Below, piece after piece: positions 1-12,954 of a stretch of 64,000 bases of DNA; within the stretch, counting starts at the first letter, position 1, and every line of letters starts with the position of its first letter. A program made the translations under genes and the position numbers. Origin of the DNA: Mobula hypostoma (Eukaryota). Location: contig NC_086108.1 of NCBI RefSeq assembly GCF_963921235.1, forward strand, positions 50,098,001 through 50,162,000, written 5' to 3'. Below the pieces are notes generated by a model. The model had not been told where the DNA came from. It saw only the letters and a list, made by a program, of their open reading frames with translations, and made no database searches.

Positions 1-812
1 AGATGGAGTTTAATACAGACAAGTGTGACTTATTGCACTTTGGAAGGACAAACCAAGGTAGAAAATACAAGGTAAATGGTAGGGCACTGAGGAGTGCAGT
101 AGAACAGGATCTGGGAATACAGATACAAAATTCCCTAAAAGTGGCGTCACAGGTAGATAGGGTCGTAAAGAGAGCTTTTGGTACATTGGCTTTTATAAAT
201 CAAAGTATTGAGTATAAGAGTTGGAATGTTATGGTGAGGTTGTATAAGGCATTGGTGAGGCTGAATTTGGAGTATTGTGTGCAGTTTTGGTCACCAAATT
301 ACGGGAAAGATATTAATAAGATTGGAAGAGTGCAGAGAAGGTTTACAAGGATGTTGCCGGGACTTGAGAAAGTGAGTTACAGAGAAAGGTTGAATAGGTT
401 AGGACTTTATTCCCTGGAGCATAGAAGAATGAGGGGAGATTTGATAGAGATAAATAAAATTATGATGGGTATAGATAGAGTGAAAGCAAGCAGGCTTTTC
501 CCACTGAGGCTAGGGGAGAAATAAACCAGAGGACATGGGTTTAGGGTGAAGGGGGGAAAGTTTAAAGGGAACATTAGGGGGGGGCTTCTTCACACAGAGA
601 GTGGTGGGAGTGTGGAATGAGCTGCCAGATGAAGTGGTAAATGCGGGCTCACTTTTAACATTTAAGAAAAACTTGGACAGGTACATGGATAAGAGGTGTA
701 TGGAAGGATATGGTCCAAGTGCAAGTCAGTGGGACTAGACAGAAAAATGGTTTGGTACAGCCAAGATGGACCAAAAGGCCTGTTTCTGTGCTGTAAAGTT
801 ATATGGTTCTAT
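1..812 (+). mobile_element. CR1 LINE 3' fragment (ORF2 C-terminus and tail)
   Basis: ORF 3-524 has the CR1 motifs MEFNxxKC, LEYCVQFWSP, RVQRRFTRMLPGL and RGDLIE. Ends in a ttatatggttctatg tail. Confidence 0.92.
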
Positions 813-1050
813 GTGTGGCAGCTTGTCAAAGGTCTTCTGAAAATCTAAGTACACCACATCTCCTTTATGTACCTTGCTTGCAATTTCCTCAAAAAATTGC
901 AGTAGGTTAGTCAGGCAGGATTTTCCTTTCAGGAAACCATGCTGGCATTAGCCTATCTTGTCATGTGCATCCAGGTACTCTGTAATCTCATCTCTAACAA
1001 TCAGTTCCAACAACTTCCCAATCACTGATGTCAGGCTAACAGGTCTGCAA
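813..1050 (-). mobile_element. Older CR1 RT fragment, antisense, abutting the younger CR1 tail
   Basis: The reverse strand encodes RPVSLTSV..GK, HGFLKGKSCLTNLLQFF and YLDFQK.FDK-like segments. Confidence 0.8.
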
Positions 1051-1199
1051 GTTAGCTTACTTTTTTTCTGATACTCGGCAAGATCTCTCTACAACTTGAA
1101 TGTCCTGGCATTTCTTAAAAGTTGGTCTCATCTTTAAGGAACACACATCAAAGTTACTGGTGAACGCAGCAGGCCAGGCAGCATCTGTAGGAAGAGGTG

Positions 1200-1238
1200 C
1201 AGTCGACGTTTCAGGCCGAGACCCTTCGTCAGGACTAA
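1200..1238 (-). ncRNA. Minimal type I hammerhead ribozyme motif (PLE pseudo-LTR)
   Basis: Reverse strand reads UAGUC-CUGACGA-A-GGGU-CUCG-GCCU-GAAAC-GUC-GACUG. Confidence 0.75.
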
Positions 1239-3060
1239 CTGAAGGAAGAGTGAGTAAGGGATTTGAAAGTTGGAGGGGGAGGGGGAGATCCAAAATGATA
1301 GGAGAAGACAGGAGGGGGAGGGATAGAGCCAAGAGCTGGACAGGTGATAGGCAGAAGGGGATACGAGAGGATCATGGGACAGGAGGTCCGGGAAGAAAGA
1401 CGGGGGGGGGGGACCCAGAGGATGGGCAAGAGGTATATTCAGAGGGACAGAGGAAGAAAAAGGAGAGTGAGAGAAAGAATGTGTGCATAAAAATAAGTAA
1501 CAGATGGGGTACGAGGGGGGGGTGGGGCCTTAGCGGAAGTTAGAGAAGTCGATGTTCATGCCATCAGGTTGGAGGCTACCGAGATGGAATATAAGGTGTT
1601 GTTCCTCCAACCTGAGTGTGGCTTCATCTTTACAGTAGAGGAGGCCGTGGATAGACATGTCAGAATGGGAATGGGATGTGGAATTAAAATGTGTGGCCAC
1701 TGGGAGATCCTGCTTTCTCTGGCGGACAGAGCGTAGATGTTCAGCAAAGCGGTCTCCCAGTCTGCGTCGGGTCTCGCCAATATATAAAAGGCTACATCGG
1801 GAGCACCAGATGCAGTATATCACCCCAGTCGACTCACAGGTGAAGTGTTGCTGTTTTTGCAAGAGACAGGGTGAGAAGAGGAATAGTCCAGATAGCTGTG
1901 AGAGTCGGTAGGCTTATAGTAGACATGTCTACTATAATGTCATCCCCTTCTCGCAATTCCTCCGTCTCCGCCGCATCTGCTCTCAGGATGAGGCTTTTCA
2001 TTCTAGGACGAGGGAGATGTCTTCCTTTTTTAAAGAAAGGGGCTTCCCTTCCTCCACTATCAACTCTGCTCTTAAACGCATCTCCCCCATTTCATGTACA
2101 TGTGCTCTCACTCCATCCTCCCGCCACCCCACTAGGAATAGGGTTCCCCTAGTCCTCACCTACCACCCCACCAGCCTCCGGGTCCAACGTATTATTCTCC
2201 GTAACTTCCACCACCTCCAACGGGATCCCACCACTAAGCACATCTTTCCCTCCCCCCCTCTCTCTGCATTCCGGAGGGATCGCTCCCTACACAACTCCCT
2301 TGTCCATTCGTCCCCCCCATCCCTCCCCACTGATCTCCCTCCTGGCACTTATCCATGTAAGCGGAACAAGTGCTACACATGCCCTTACACTTCCTCCCTT
2401 ACCACCATTCAGGGCCCCAAACAGTCCTTCCAGCTGAGGCAACACTTCACCTGTGAGTCGACTGGGGTGATATACTGCGTCCAGTGCTCCAGATGTGGCC
2501 TTTTATATATTGGCGAGACCCGACGCAGACTGGGAGACCGCTTTGCTGAACATCTACGCTCTGTCCGCCAGAGAAAGCAGGATCTCCCAGTGGCCACACA
2601 TTTTAATTCCACATCCCATTCCCATTCTGACATGTCTATCCACGGCCTCCTCTACTGTTAAGATGAAGCCACACTCAGGTTGGAGGAACAACACCTTATA
2701 TTCCATCTGGGTAGCCTCCAACCTGATGGCATGAACATCGACTTCTCTAACTTCCACTAAGGCCCCACCTCCCCCTCATACCCCATCTGTTACTTATTTT
2801 TATGCACACATTCTTTCTCTCACTCTCCTTTTTCTCCCTCTGTCCCTCTGAATATACCTCTTGCCCATCCTCTGGGTCCCCCCCCCCCTTGTCTTTCTTC
2901 CCGGACCTCCTGTCCCATGATCCTCTCGTATCCCCTTTTGCCTATCACCTGTCCAGCTCTCGGCTCTATCCCTCCCCCTCCTGTCTTCTCCTATCATTTT
3001 GGATCTCCCCCTCCCCCTCCCCCTCCAACTTTCAAATCCCTTACTCACTCTTCTTTCAGT

Positions 3061-3098
3061 TAGTCCTGACGAAGGGTCTCGGCCTGAAACGTCAACTG
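3061..3098 (+). ncRNA. Minimal hammerhead ribozyme motif, stem I mismatch
   Basis: tagtc CTGACGA a gggt ctcg gcct GAAAC GTC aactg. G>A at the first stem I pair relative to the other copies. Confidence 0.65.
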
Positions 3099-5229
3099 CA
3101 CCTCTTCCTACAGATGCTGCCTGGCCTGCTGCGTTCACCAGCAACTTTGATGTGTGTTGCTTGAATTTCCAGCATCTGCAGAATTCCTGTTGTTCTCATC
3201 TTTAAGGTGTCTCTTGAACTTCCTCTGTTCTAATAACACCAAAAAGTCATGCACCATTTAAAAGACTAATGCACTATTTCTTCTGAATGTTTCTTGTAGT
3301 TCTGTGATGTTCACTGTAGCTTCTCACTCCGTGCCTTTCTTTCATTGCCCAACTTGGTGGGACTGCCTTTATTTACCCAGATTATCTCCAACAATCTGAA
3401 TCATTACATTCATGACCACCATTGTTTCATCTTTAGTCATTGCTCTGTGTATCTATCTACTGTTGACATGGTGTGGACATTTAAATGGACACTGGTACCT
3501 CTCTGACTCATCCTCTGTCCTGTATCTTTATTGTCTCATTGTTTGTTGAGCATAAGCCAGAATTTCTATCGATTATGTTATGTCCCGGGTTAACCAGATT
3601 ATTTCGGTTTTGGTATTCTGTTCATGCTGAACTGAAGTCTGAGGCAAGTTACTTAAACACTAGGAATATACTCGTTTACTGGTAAAGGAGTATAGTCTTT
3701 GAAATTTTTTTAAAAAACCTCAACCACGGAGTTAGAAATCTACCTATTGTCTGGGTTATCTTAACTACCGCTGCCCATGTCCTTTTATGTTAATTGGGCA
3801 TTTAAATTCTGAATCATCTATATTGACTCCTGATTCTACAATGTCTAAACTTTAAAATTCTTCTATTAATAAGCCCCTGTTGTACCAATTCTCTTATCTC
3901 TTCATGTTTTTGCATGGTTGACTTAATGCTCCCAAATAGTCTTTATCTCAAACTCAGCCTCATTTTTACACCTCTCATCTTTTCCCCTGCCTTTAATGGC
4001 TTTATATTTTCTGCATGTGCATCCGCATAGTGGATTTTTGTAATAAGACGAGGAATGCTACCCCCGCCCCGCAAAAGAATTGTCCACTTTTGACACAACA
4101 TATTCCTTTGAGCAATCAAGGGCCAATAAGCATATGGATAATTGATTAAACGTTTAATTTGTTAAAATTCCATTATACAGTTTGCAGTGTAAATAAGGTT
4201 CAGCTTCACACAGTTGTGAAGGAACCATTTCAACATAAGCTTTAGATAGTGAGAAAGCATGGAAAACTATTAAATCATCTTTCTGTGGAAGGAAATGTGC
4301 TTGCAGTGTAGCTACCTGCTTATCATCATTAACTACCAAATTCAGTGTTTACTTGGAATGCACTAGTAATCTCTAATAGTAATGAAAAGTGTTTTCTTTT
4401 GATATCTGGCCATTGAGCATGTCTCAGCCCTTTGCATAAAATAAAATTCTAGAAATGTCTGTTGTTCAGATCATGAAGTGAACTATTGTTTGATTAACAA
4501 TAAAATCAGTAACTGATTTTAGTAAATCAACATTGGCCTGAACAAGTGGGTGGGTCTTGATTTAAATATTTCACCTTATGTACATGTCATCGCTGCAACA
4601 ACCAATATTGTTCCAATACTGCAGTTTGTCTCCAACAGGCTTCCTGCTGGAAAAGAATGAACCTACTGGATGAGCAGGAAACTGTTCAACCTTCATTGCC
4701 TCCATTCCTGAAACAAGAGCACCCTAATCTGGGTACTGATTCACAGTAATCAGGCAGCATGTGCCAAGCCCATATTAAAAGGCCAAGCTCCAAGTTGGCA
4801 TTGACTCCTGGACTTAATTGTATGAGAGGATGGAGCTTATATTATACATCAAGGGAACAAAGCTCCTCTTGCAATCAATTTCCACTACCTGCTATGCCTC
4901 TGACAATCATGTTCAACAGTAAGACATGGGAAACCATTAGAATTTACCTTGCCTTTGACTGACTGAGGAAAAGAAATTTTTGGAAATCAGGACCTCAAAG
5001 CTGAACAGAAAACATTTAATATACTGAGCAGAAATGATCCCTGCCCTCCAGTAAGCTCTGAAAAGATGGGTACAATATAGCAGGCATCACAAAACACTAG
5101 GGGAGTGTAGCCAATACCATCTCTGCAGTTCTCCAAGCCCATTGATCAAATAGCTGAACCAGCGACCCCATGATTGTGGTTCTAATTAGGTGAGCTGGAT
5201 TGTTCATATGTCTGACATGAGATTTTAAA

Positions 5230-5520
5230 CTTTAGATTAACTTTATTCGTCACATGTACATCAAAACATACACTGACATGGGTCATTTGCATCATCGACT
5301 AACACAATGGGGGAGGGGGGTGTGCTGGAGGCAGTCTGCAAATGTCACCATGCTTTTCGTGCCAATGTAGCATGACCTCGGCTAAGTAAACCAAGCCCAT
5401 ACATCTTTGGAATGTGGGAGGAAACCGAAGCAGAACATGCAGACTCTTTAAAGAAAATGGTGGAATTGAACCCGGAGCACCGGTGCTGTAAAGCATTGCT
5501 AACTGGTACACTATCATGCC
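5230..5520 (-). mobile_element. tRNA-derived V-SINE-like element (decayed)
   Basis: Typical segment tttggaatgtgggaggaaaccgaagca...ggaattgaacccgg (box B on the minus strand). Same family at about 21450 and 40830. Confidence 0.6.
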
Positions 5521-6149
5521 TTCCCAATAAAATTCCCAAAATGAATACTTTCCTCTGTCAGGACATGAGATTTCTAGGAGGATTGAAAATGCTTAAAGAT
5601 GGCTCAGAGTGTCCTTGAAAACATTTAATGGCCTCACTAATTATCAACTCCAGTCCATGGCCATTTAAAATGTAAGAGTGATTGAGCTTTAGACAATCTG
5701 CCCACCTGCATGGTCAAGCACCACCGCCTGCACGTGTGGATACTACACTATAGCCACCTTTGGCTGAAGAAGGTTTTACTGCACTATCTACAAGGGAACT
5801 TGAACTTAAAAGTGCATCTAAAGCTGTCAATTTTAGTGGCCAGAATGCCAGCAAAGTAAGATGTCAGACAGAATAATTGAATCTACTTATTCTTACCGAC
5901 CAACACATTTACACTTCAAATCAGTTCATGATTAGGTTTGTCTGGGACACAATGAACGATAATTTCTGAAACTCGTGGACGTACTTTGTTTTTCAATTAA
6001 AAGGAGCCTTGATGGACATTTGGTTTGGAATTAATTATCCATCAAGAGATCTGAATTTTGGGTATGCTGTTAGCTTAATCTGTCTCAAATTTAACAGGTC
6101 AAGGAAAAAATTGAAGCTTGTAGTATCTGATGTAAAATTTGTTTATCAG

Positions 6150-6294
6150 GTGAAAGCTCAGTCTGAATTACGAAAGACACCTGTATCAGAGGCAAGGAAG
6201 ACCCCAGTGACGCAGTCACCAAACCAAACCAGCAGTTCACAGTTCATCCCCATTCACCATCCAGGAGCATTTCCTCCTCTTCCTAGCAGGCCAG
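6150..6294 (+). CDS. SMG7: SMG7 internal exon (first visible): VKAQSELRKTPVSEARKTPVTQ...FPPLPSRP
   Basis: Acceptor ttatcag|GTG, donor CCAG|gtaagt. The peptide matches the vertebrate SMG7 linker (ELRKTPVSEARKTPVTQ, FIPIHHPGAFPPLPSRPG). 145 nt, phase 0-1. Confidence 0.95.
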
Positions 6295-7404
6295 GTAAGT
6301 GAGCAGTTGATGTATTATAAACTGAACCGCCACTCAGAATGTTGATCTGTGAATTTACCCTATTGATTATGTTTTAAAATAATACAAAAGGAGCTTTGAT
6401 GTTTGTATGCAGATTTAATGGTGGATTTCAATTAGGTGTTAATCAGAGATGTCCATATGTCTCAACTTACTAAGTTCTGTGCAGTACTCTGCCTGAAACT
6501 GATTTTGCTGTGTTGAGTTTATTTATATGTGTAGTTAAGTTCACATATCAAATTCATTCTGGCTGTTAGAGTTTGTCCAGGGTTAAGTGAAGCCAAATTA
6601 TGTTACAAGCAGCTCCTCACCCCATACTTAAATTGTATATTCTTTAAATTTATGTGGCTTCCTTTGGGAATAATAAATTCATTTGCTTTCAGTATTTTAT
6701 GAATATTTTATATTTTGCTTTAAAGTAAATATATCAAGGTTGTTGAACAGATTGCGCATATAGAAACTAATGGGTGTAATCTTATAGCCATTACATAGAT
6801 AAGGTTGCAAAATTACAAAGTTGGGGATTAAATGTTCCAGGATACTTCTAAGAAATTGGCAGATTGGAAGAAGAGGTGGAATCAGCTTGACTTTCAGAGA
6901 ATGCTATAAAGGAGGAAGGATTTTAACTAAGAAAACCATCCACAATCAATTGAGGATTGGTTCATGAGCAGAAAATAGGTATAAATAGATTATTTTTAGG
7001 ATAGAAGGCTGTGGCCATTTTACTGTTGCAGGCCTCAGCTTTTTTTCAAACTATGCCAGTGATTTGGATGAGGGGATTGCTTACAAGGATTAACCCGCAA
7101 CAATAATTAGCAGTTACGCACAGAGAGGATCTGTATTTACTCCAGATATCATTATTGTCTCAACTAATAGGCATATGAATTTACAAACTAACTAAATGTG
7201 TGCACGTTGACTAGGTTTCTGTGAGTCTCCATGAGCAGTCAAAGAATATAAATGGTAATACCTGGGAAAAGGAGTCTATGCTGGCCAGGCATTCCTCGTG
7301 GTCCTGATTTATTCTGCATGTGGCTGACATAGGGTCCTCCATATCCAAAATGGCTGGTCTCCAGAGTTCTCCCAAAATCCTCCAGTTTTATTCATTTCCA
7401 TATC

Positions 7405-9202
7405 AGATCAAATTTGTTGACTGGAGGTAATGGTAAGGTGAAGACAGAAACGGGTGAATTTATTATGGAGAACAAGGAAATGGCAGACGAGTTGAACAGG
7501 TACTTTGGATCTGTCTTCACTAGGGAAGACACAAACAAACTCCCAGATGTAATAGTGGCCAAAGGACCTAGAGTAATGGATGAACTGAAGGAAATTTATA
7601 TTAGGCAGGAAATGGTGTTGGATAGACTGTTGGGTCTGAAGGCTGATAAGTTCCTCGGACCTGATGGTCTGCATCCCAAGGTACTTAAGGAGGTGGATTT
7701 AGAAATCGTGGACGCATTGGTAATCATTTTCCAATGTTCTATAGATTCAGGATCAGTTCCTGTGGATTGGAGGGTGGCCAATGTTGTCCCTCTTTTCAAG
7801 AAGGGAGGAAGAGAGAAAACAGGGAATTATAGACTAGTTAGCCTGATGTCGGTGGTGGGAAAGATGCTGGAGTCAATTATAAAAGATGAAATTACGACAC
7901 ATCTGGATAGCAGTAACAGGATCGGTCCGAGTCATCATGGATTTACGAAGGGGAAATCGTGCTTGACTAATCTTCTGGAATTTTTTGAGGATGTAACTAT
8001 GAAAATGGACAAGGGAGAGCCAGTGGTTGTAGTGTACCTGAACTTTCAGAAAGCCTTTGATAAAGTCCCACATAGGAGATTAGTGGGCAAAATTAGGGCA
8101 CATGGTATCGGGTGCAGAGTACTGACATGGATTAAAAATTGGCTGGCTGACAGAAAACAAAGAGTAGCGATTAACAGGTCCCTTTCGGAATGGCAGACGG
8201 TGACCAGTGGGGTACTGCAGGGTTTACAATATATATTAATGATTTGGATGAGGGAATTAAAAGTAACATTAGCAAATTTGCTGATGACACAAAGCTGGGT
8301 GGCAGTGTGAAATGTGAGGAGGATGTTATGAGAATGCAGGGTGAGTTGGACAGGCTGGGTGAGTGGGCAGATGCATGGCAGATGCAGTTTAATGTGGATA
8401 AGTGTGAGATTATCCACTTTGGTGGTAAGAACAGGAAGGCAGATTATTATCTAAATGGAGTCAAGTTAGGAAAAGGGGAAGTACAACGAGATCTAGGTGT
8501 TCTTGTACATGAGTTACTGAAAGCAAGCATGCAAGTGCAGCAGGCAGCGAAGAAAGCTAATGGCATGCTGGCCTTCCATAACAAAGGGAGTTGAGTATAA
8601 GAGCAAAGAGGTTCTTCTGCAGCTGTACAGGGCCCTGGTGAGACCACACCTGGGGTACTGTGTGTAGTTTTGGTCTCCAAATTTGAGGAAGGACATTCTT
8701 GCTATTGAGGGAGTGCAGCGTAGGCTCACAAGGTTAATTCCGAGATGGCGGGACTGTCATATGTCGAAAGATTGGAGCGACTGGGCTTGTATACTCTGGA
8801 ATTTAGAAGGCTGAGAGGGGATCTTATTAAAACATATAAGATTATTAAGGGATTGGACACGCTGGAGGCAGGGAGCATGTTCCCGCTGATGGGTGAGTCC
8901 AGAACCAGAGGTCACAGTTTAAAAATAAGGGGTAAGCCATTTAGAACGGAGTTGAGGAAAAACTTTTTCACCCAGAGAGTGATGGATATATGGAATGCTC
9001 TGCCCCAGAAGGCTGTGGAGGCCAAGTCTCTGGATGCTTTCAAGAAAGAGATGGATAGAGCTCTTAAAGATAGCGGAATCAAAGGTTATGGGGATAAGGC
9101 GGGAACTGGATACTGATTGTGGATGATCGGCCATGATCACAGTGAATGGTGGTGCTGGCTCGAAGGGCCGAATGGCCTACTCCTGCACCTATTGTCTATT
9201 GT
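7405..9202 (+). mobile_element. 5'-truncated CR1 LINE (RT, frameshifted)
   Basis: ORFs 7414-8310, 8190-8594 and 8745-9116 carry GPDGLHP, WRVANVVPLFKKG, KAFDKVPH and KFADDTKL. Tail cctattgtctattg. Confidence 0.93.
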
Positions 9203-10620
9203 AATTTAACCGACCTGTGTCAGTTTCTCATTGGATGTGGCATCCTTGCTTTATGCCTCTCCCTTCAGCCTTGTGACCCAAGTAATGTCTTTTGCTCTGT
9301 CCAGCTCTAACCAAGTCAGCCAAACACTGTACCTAGATGACCAGATCACAGGCCGTTCCTTCTGCAAAATTGTCATTTTACGAAATAAACAGCTTCTTAC
9401 TTGATAATGGTTTGGTGTTTAGCAGATCATTAACAGAAACTCCTTGTGTCCATGTTCAACTGCTCTGTTTAAGTTATCCCAGTGCAAACATTAGTTCACA
9501 AGAAGATAGCCTCCATTCCTGCAACCACATGGCAAGAACAAAGACTTTTGTTTTTTCTGTTTCCACTACCCTTGCCTCATTCCTGTTCACTGATTAGTAG
9601 ATTGGAGTTCTTTTTGGCCAACATCTCCCTCCACTTGATCCAAAGGTATTTATTTTAGGATCATTATTCACCTGTCATTCTGTTGACTGTCCATAGGACA
9701 GCCATGGATCCCCAGTAGGTGTGTTACACTCACATTATGTAGTTCAATAGTTCCATGTTATATCGGAGTATGTATACAGTATACAGCCTGAAGCTCTTGT
9801 TCTTTGCAGACATCCATGAAAACAGGATACCCCAAAGAATGAGTGACAGTAGAAACATTAGAACCCCAAACCCCCCCATTCCCCCACATCCCAAGCACAA
9901 GCAGCAGTAATTGACCCTCCCCCACTTACTTGAGCAAAAAAAGGACCAACCCCCTGCACCCCCCAAGCAAGCAATAACAAAGCCTCCTTAGAAAGACCAT
10001 GAGCTACAGTGCAACAAAAACTAATCGTTCACCCGACAATTTGACATGCCACAGGCTCTCTCGCTCTCCCTAATAAAGGGGCAGAGAGGTGTCACACAGA
10101 GGGGAGACTAACAAGACAAGAAAACACTTGCTGATTTGCGGTGTTAAAGTCTGCCACATCACTTTTCTCTCCCCTACCCCCAAGTTCTCCTGACTTGAGA
10201 ATCAGCAACAAACTTTCTTCCACCAATGAGCAAGAGAGCGTGACCATAGTACAGAGCCTTCTGACAGCTGATCCGCTGTTCCTGATTCTTGATATTCCGT
10301 TTTCTCTTGGCGCTTCAGTCAGCATCTCCGGCATAGAATCGGCTTGTCTCCAGGTCTGCAAAGCCTCGGAATCCCAAAGGCACACTCGTCATCTAGACCA
10401 CGACCTTGGGATATCAATAAAACGGCCAGTCAGTGAACCCCGAGAACAGGAACCAACGTCATAACTGAAGTTTGAGTGCTGTAGATCAGGGTCTTAAACA
10501 GAATCCCATCCACCTTGAAATGAAAAATGAGAGACATTAAAGGTAGAAATTAAGCTGTTTGCACAGTTGAGCTCAAAGAAGCTGCTGTCTAGTGCCATCA
10601 TAGCTCCGCCCAGCCCCATT

Positions 10621-10869
10621 AACTTAGAAAGTGTAAGCTGAAATTGTGTGAAAATTAGAGGATGACCCTGATATAAAACAGAAGAGATGATTGTCAGTAT
10701 AGAAAGTGTGTGAATTTAGTAAATAAATGTTAATAGTAAAATTAAAGGTAAAAGTAACTTTTACTTACTGAATTCGCACACTTTCTCTATTGACAATCAT
10801 CTCTTCTGTTTCCTAAGAGGGTCATCCTCTAATTTTCACACAATTTTTTTTCCTTCCTCCTTCTAAGTT
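10621..10869. repeat. Inverted repeat (about 82-bp core arms, about 42-nt spacer)
   Basis: 10641-10669 is the exact reverse complement of 10818-10846. aaacagaagagatgattgtca pairs with tgacaatcatctcttctgttt, and further pairing extends to 10722/10765. Confidence 0.9.
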
Positions 10870-11774
10870 GATAAACATTAAGCATTATAATTATCAACAT
10901 ACATAAAATTAGTATTAGAGCAGCATGCAACACTCTTCTCACCATGGATGTATTTAAACATTTGATCCCTAATTCTAAAACTTGCTCCAAAAATCTAAGC
11001 TGCCCAGTACTTCATTTGCCTTATCAGGTGTTTTAATTAGTTTGTTCAGACCATTGATGGATTATCTCTCTTGCATCCTCTACAACTTGTATCCAGTCTG
11101 CTGTCAAGTTAGGAATCAGTGGTAACTCGGTAACAACATAGTCCCACAAGTATTGATCCATATCAATGCATTGTAATATGAGGTTCTCCTTTGTTACTAC
11201 ATCTACTGCTGGCTGAGGCAAAGTTCACTCTCCAATACCAGGTCTGAAGTCAGGTTTCCAGTGGTGACTTTGTGACTTTCCATAGGGCAGTTTCCAACCC
11301 TGGGTATAACCCGGTCCTGTTGTTACTATATAATATCTGTCCCACCACTGCATATCGCAAAAAAGATTGATTATTCACTGTCAAAATAGACAATAAACTT
11401 TTCATAAGTCCTGAAACCACAATTTGTAAGTTCCTTGTCATTACTTCTGGGTAAGCCCATTGGTCTCTCCCCACCCCCTCCCCATGGCAACTTGATAAAT
11501 CTGTCCCTTTCCCAGTACCAGTCATAACAATATTGTGTGTTGGTGGGTTACTTAAGGATATCCGAGTACCTTATGATAATTGCCCACATTGTGACCTTCT
11601 TTTTAAAGGGTAGGTTAAGTTATTTCCACATTGGAGAAGAATGTAAAGTACTACACCAACATAAATCCTTCCTTTACCAATGTTTTAGGTACTCTATACG
11701 TCTTCTAAGGTGACACAAGGGGACCTTTTCTCCAACCTATTCTTTTAACTGCTCATCTGGTACCCAGTTTATTA

Positions 11775-12095
11775 TTTGATGGTGGGAGAGTCTAAGATTA
11801 GAGGACAGAGCCTCAGAATAGAGGGGTGTCCTGTTAGAATGGTGATGAGGAGGAGTTTCTTTAGCCAGAGAGTGGTGAATCTGTAGAACTTGTTGCCACA
11901 GACAGCTGTGGAGACCAATCTATATATATTTAAGGCAGAGATTGTTAGATTCCTGATTGGTCAGGGCCTGAAGGGATATGGGGCGGAGGGAGGCGGGAGA
12001 TTGGGGCTGAGAGGAAAAATGATGAAATGCTAAAGTTGACTTGATGGGCCAAATGGCCTAATTCTGTTCCTATATCCTATATCTTATGGTCTTAT
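11775..12095 (+). mobile_element. CR1 LINE 3' end fragment
   Basis: Contains gagagtctaagattagaggacagagcctcagaatag and ttctttagccagagagtggtgaatctg, with a tcttatggtcttatg tail. Confidence 0.8.
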
Positions 12096-12954
12096 GTGCA
12101 TCAAGTGGTAATTTTTTTTGCCAATCTTTGCATTTTTTTAATCCTCTTTCCAAAGAGCAATTTTCTAAGAAGAAATAACCATTGCATATGAGGAGGTGTA
12201 CTGTAGGCCAATCTTGTGGTAAATCACTGGGCATCTGAGCAGTGCTGTTTGGTTTTAAATTGACCACCTTCTTTATTTCTTGTACTTTTTTCCCTTTTAT
12301 GACCAAGCCATTCCTTACATAATGCAAATTCCTTTGTTATTCACTTGGCATTTTAGTGTTAGCTTTGAACCTGGATGCATTCTTTTAACTTCTGCTTTCC
12401 TCAATTCCATTTGTTGTTCTTGTATCATTAGCCTTCTATTACCTAATCATTCTATCTTTATTCCCTCTTCTCGTGTATTTTTCTTTGGAGTTCTTTACCT
12501 AACACTTTTTTAAACAGGAATTGTTTATTGTTTGAACTATTTTCCACCTGCATTACTTTTGCAGTCTGTGGTATTGGCTTGCTTTACAACTTAATGAAGA
12601 TTAGAGCTTGCCCTATGAATATTCTGTCGTTCACAAAAGAGAGCCTTGGGGATCTCAATTGTTCCCCCTTGGAATCAATAACCTAATTACCCTATCCTGC
12701 CTTGTCAGTCTTCACCTAACACCTTAATTTTACAATTTTTTTCCTTTTTCATTTGCCCCAAATCCTCCTGCAATTTTGGACTAAATAAACCTGCGATTAC
12801 TACCTATTCTGTATTTTCTTTCACAATATCTGTTCTTGTCCCTACATATGAAGAATGTGTAAACCTTATTTTGTATAACTGTTTTCTCAATTTTACTGAA
12901 GATGTTAGATAGATGATGAATAATTCTTATTAAACAATTCATGTTTTACCAGTA

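Larger units (their letters stand above)
1140..3193. mobile_element. Penelope-like element (PLE), fold-back insertion: inverted arm 1140-1925 (-) plus direct arm 1926-3193 (+)
   Basis: Both arms encode a GIY-YIG endonuclease (GVIYCxxCxxC..YIGET.RRL..RF.EH, HFN...H). RT thumb motifs YKPTDSHSYLDY and PFSQFLRLRRICS are present. 14-bp TSD tctcatctttaagg at 1126-1139 and 3194-3207. Confidence 0.92.

Noticed and set aside
2017..2759. GIY-YIG nuclease as a functional host or homing endonuclease gene
   Set aside because: It is a 5'-truncated PLE ORF with no RT core and has a premature TAA at 2659-2661.
1057..3205. Many overlapping 60-150 aa ORFs (for example MALSLPLLSSPIILDL..., MHTFFLSLSFF...) recurring at 15.2k, 35.8k and 48.8k
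   Set aside because: They are off-frame or antisense translations of the PLE non-coding pseudo-LTR. The recurrence reflects repeat copies, not a gene family.
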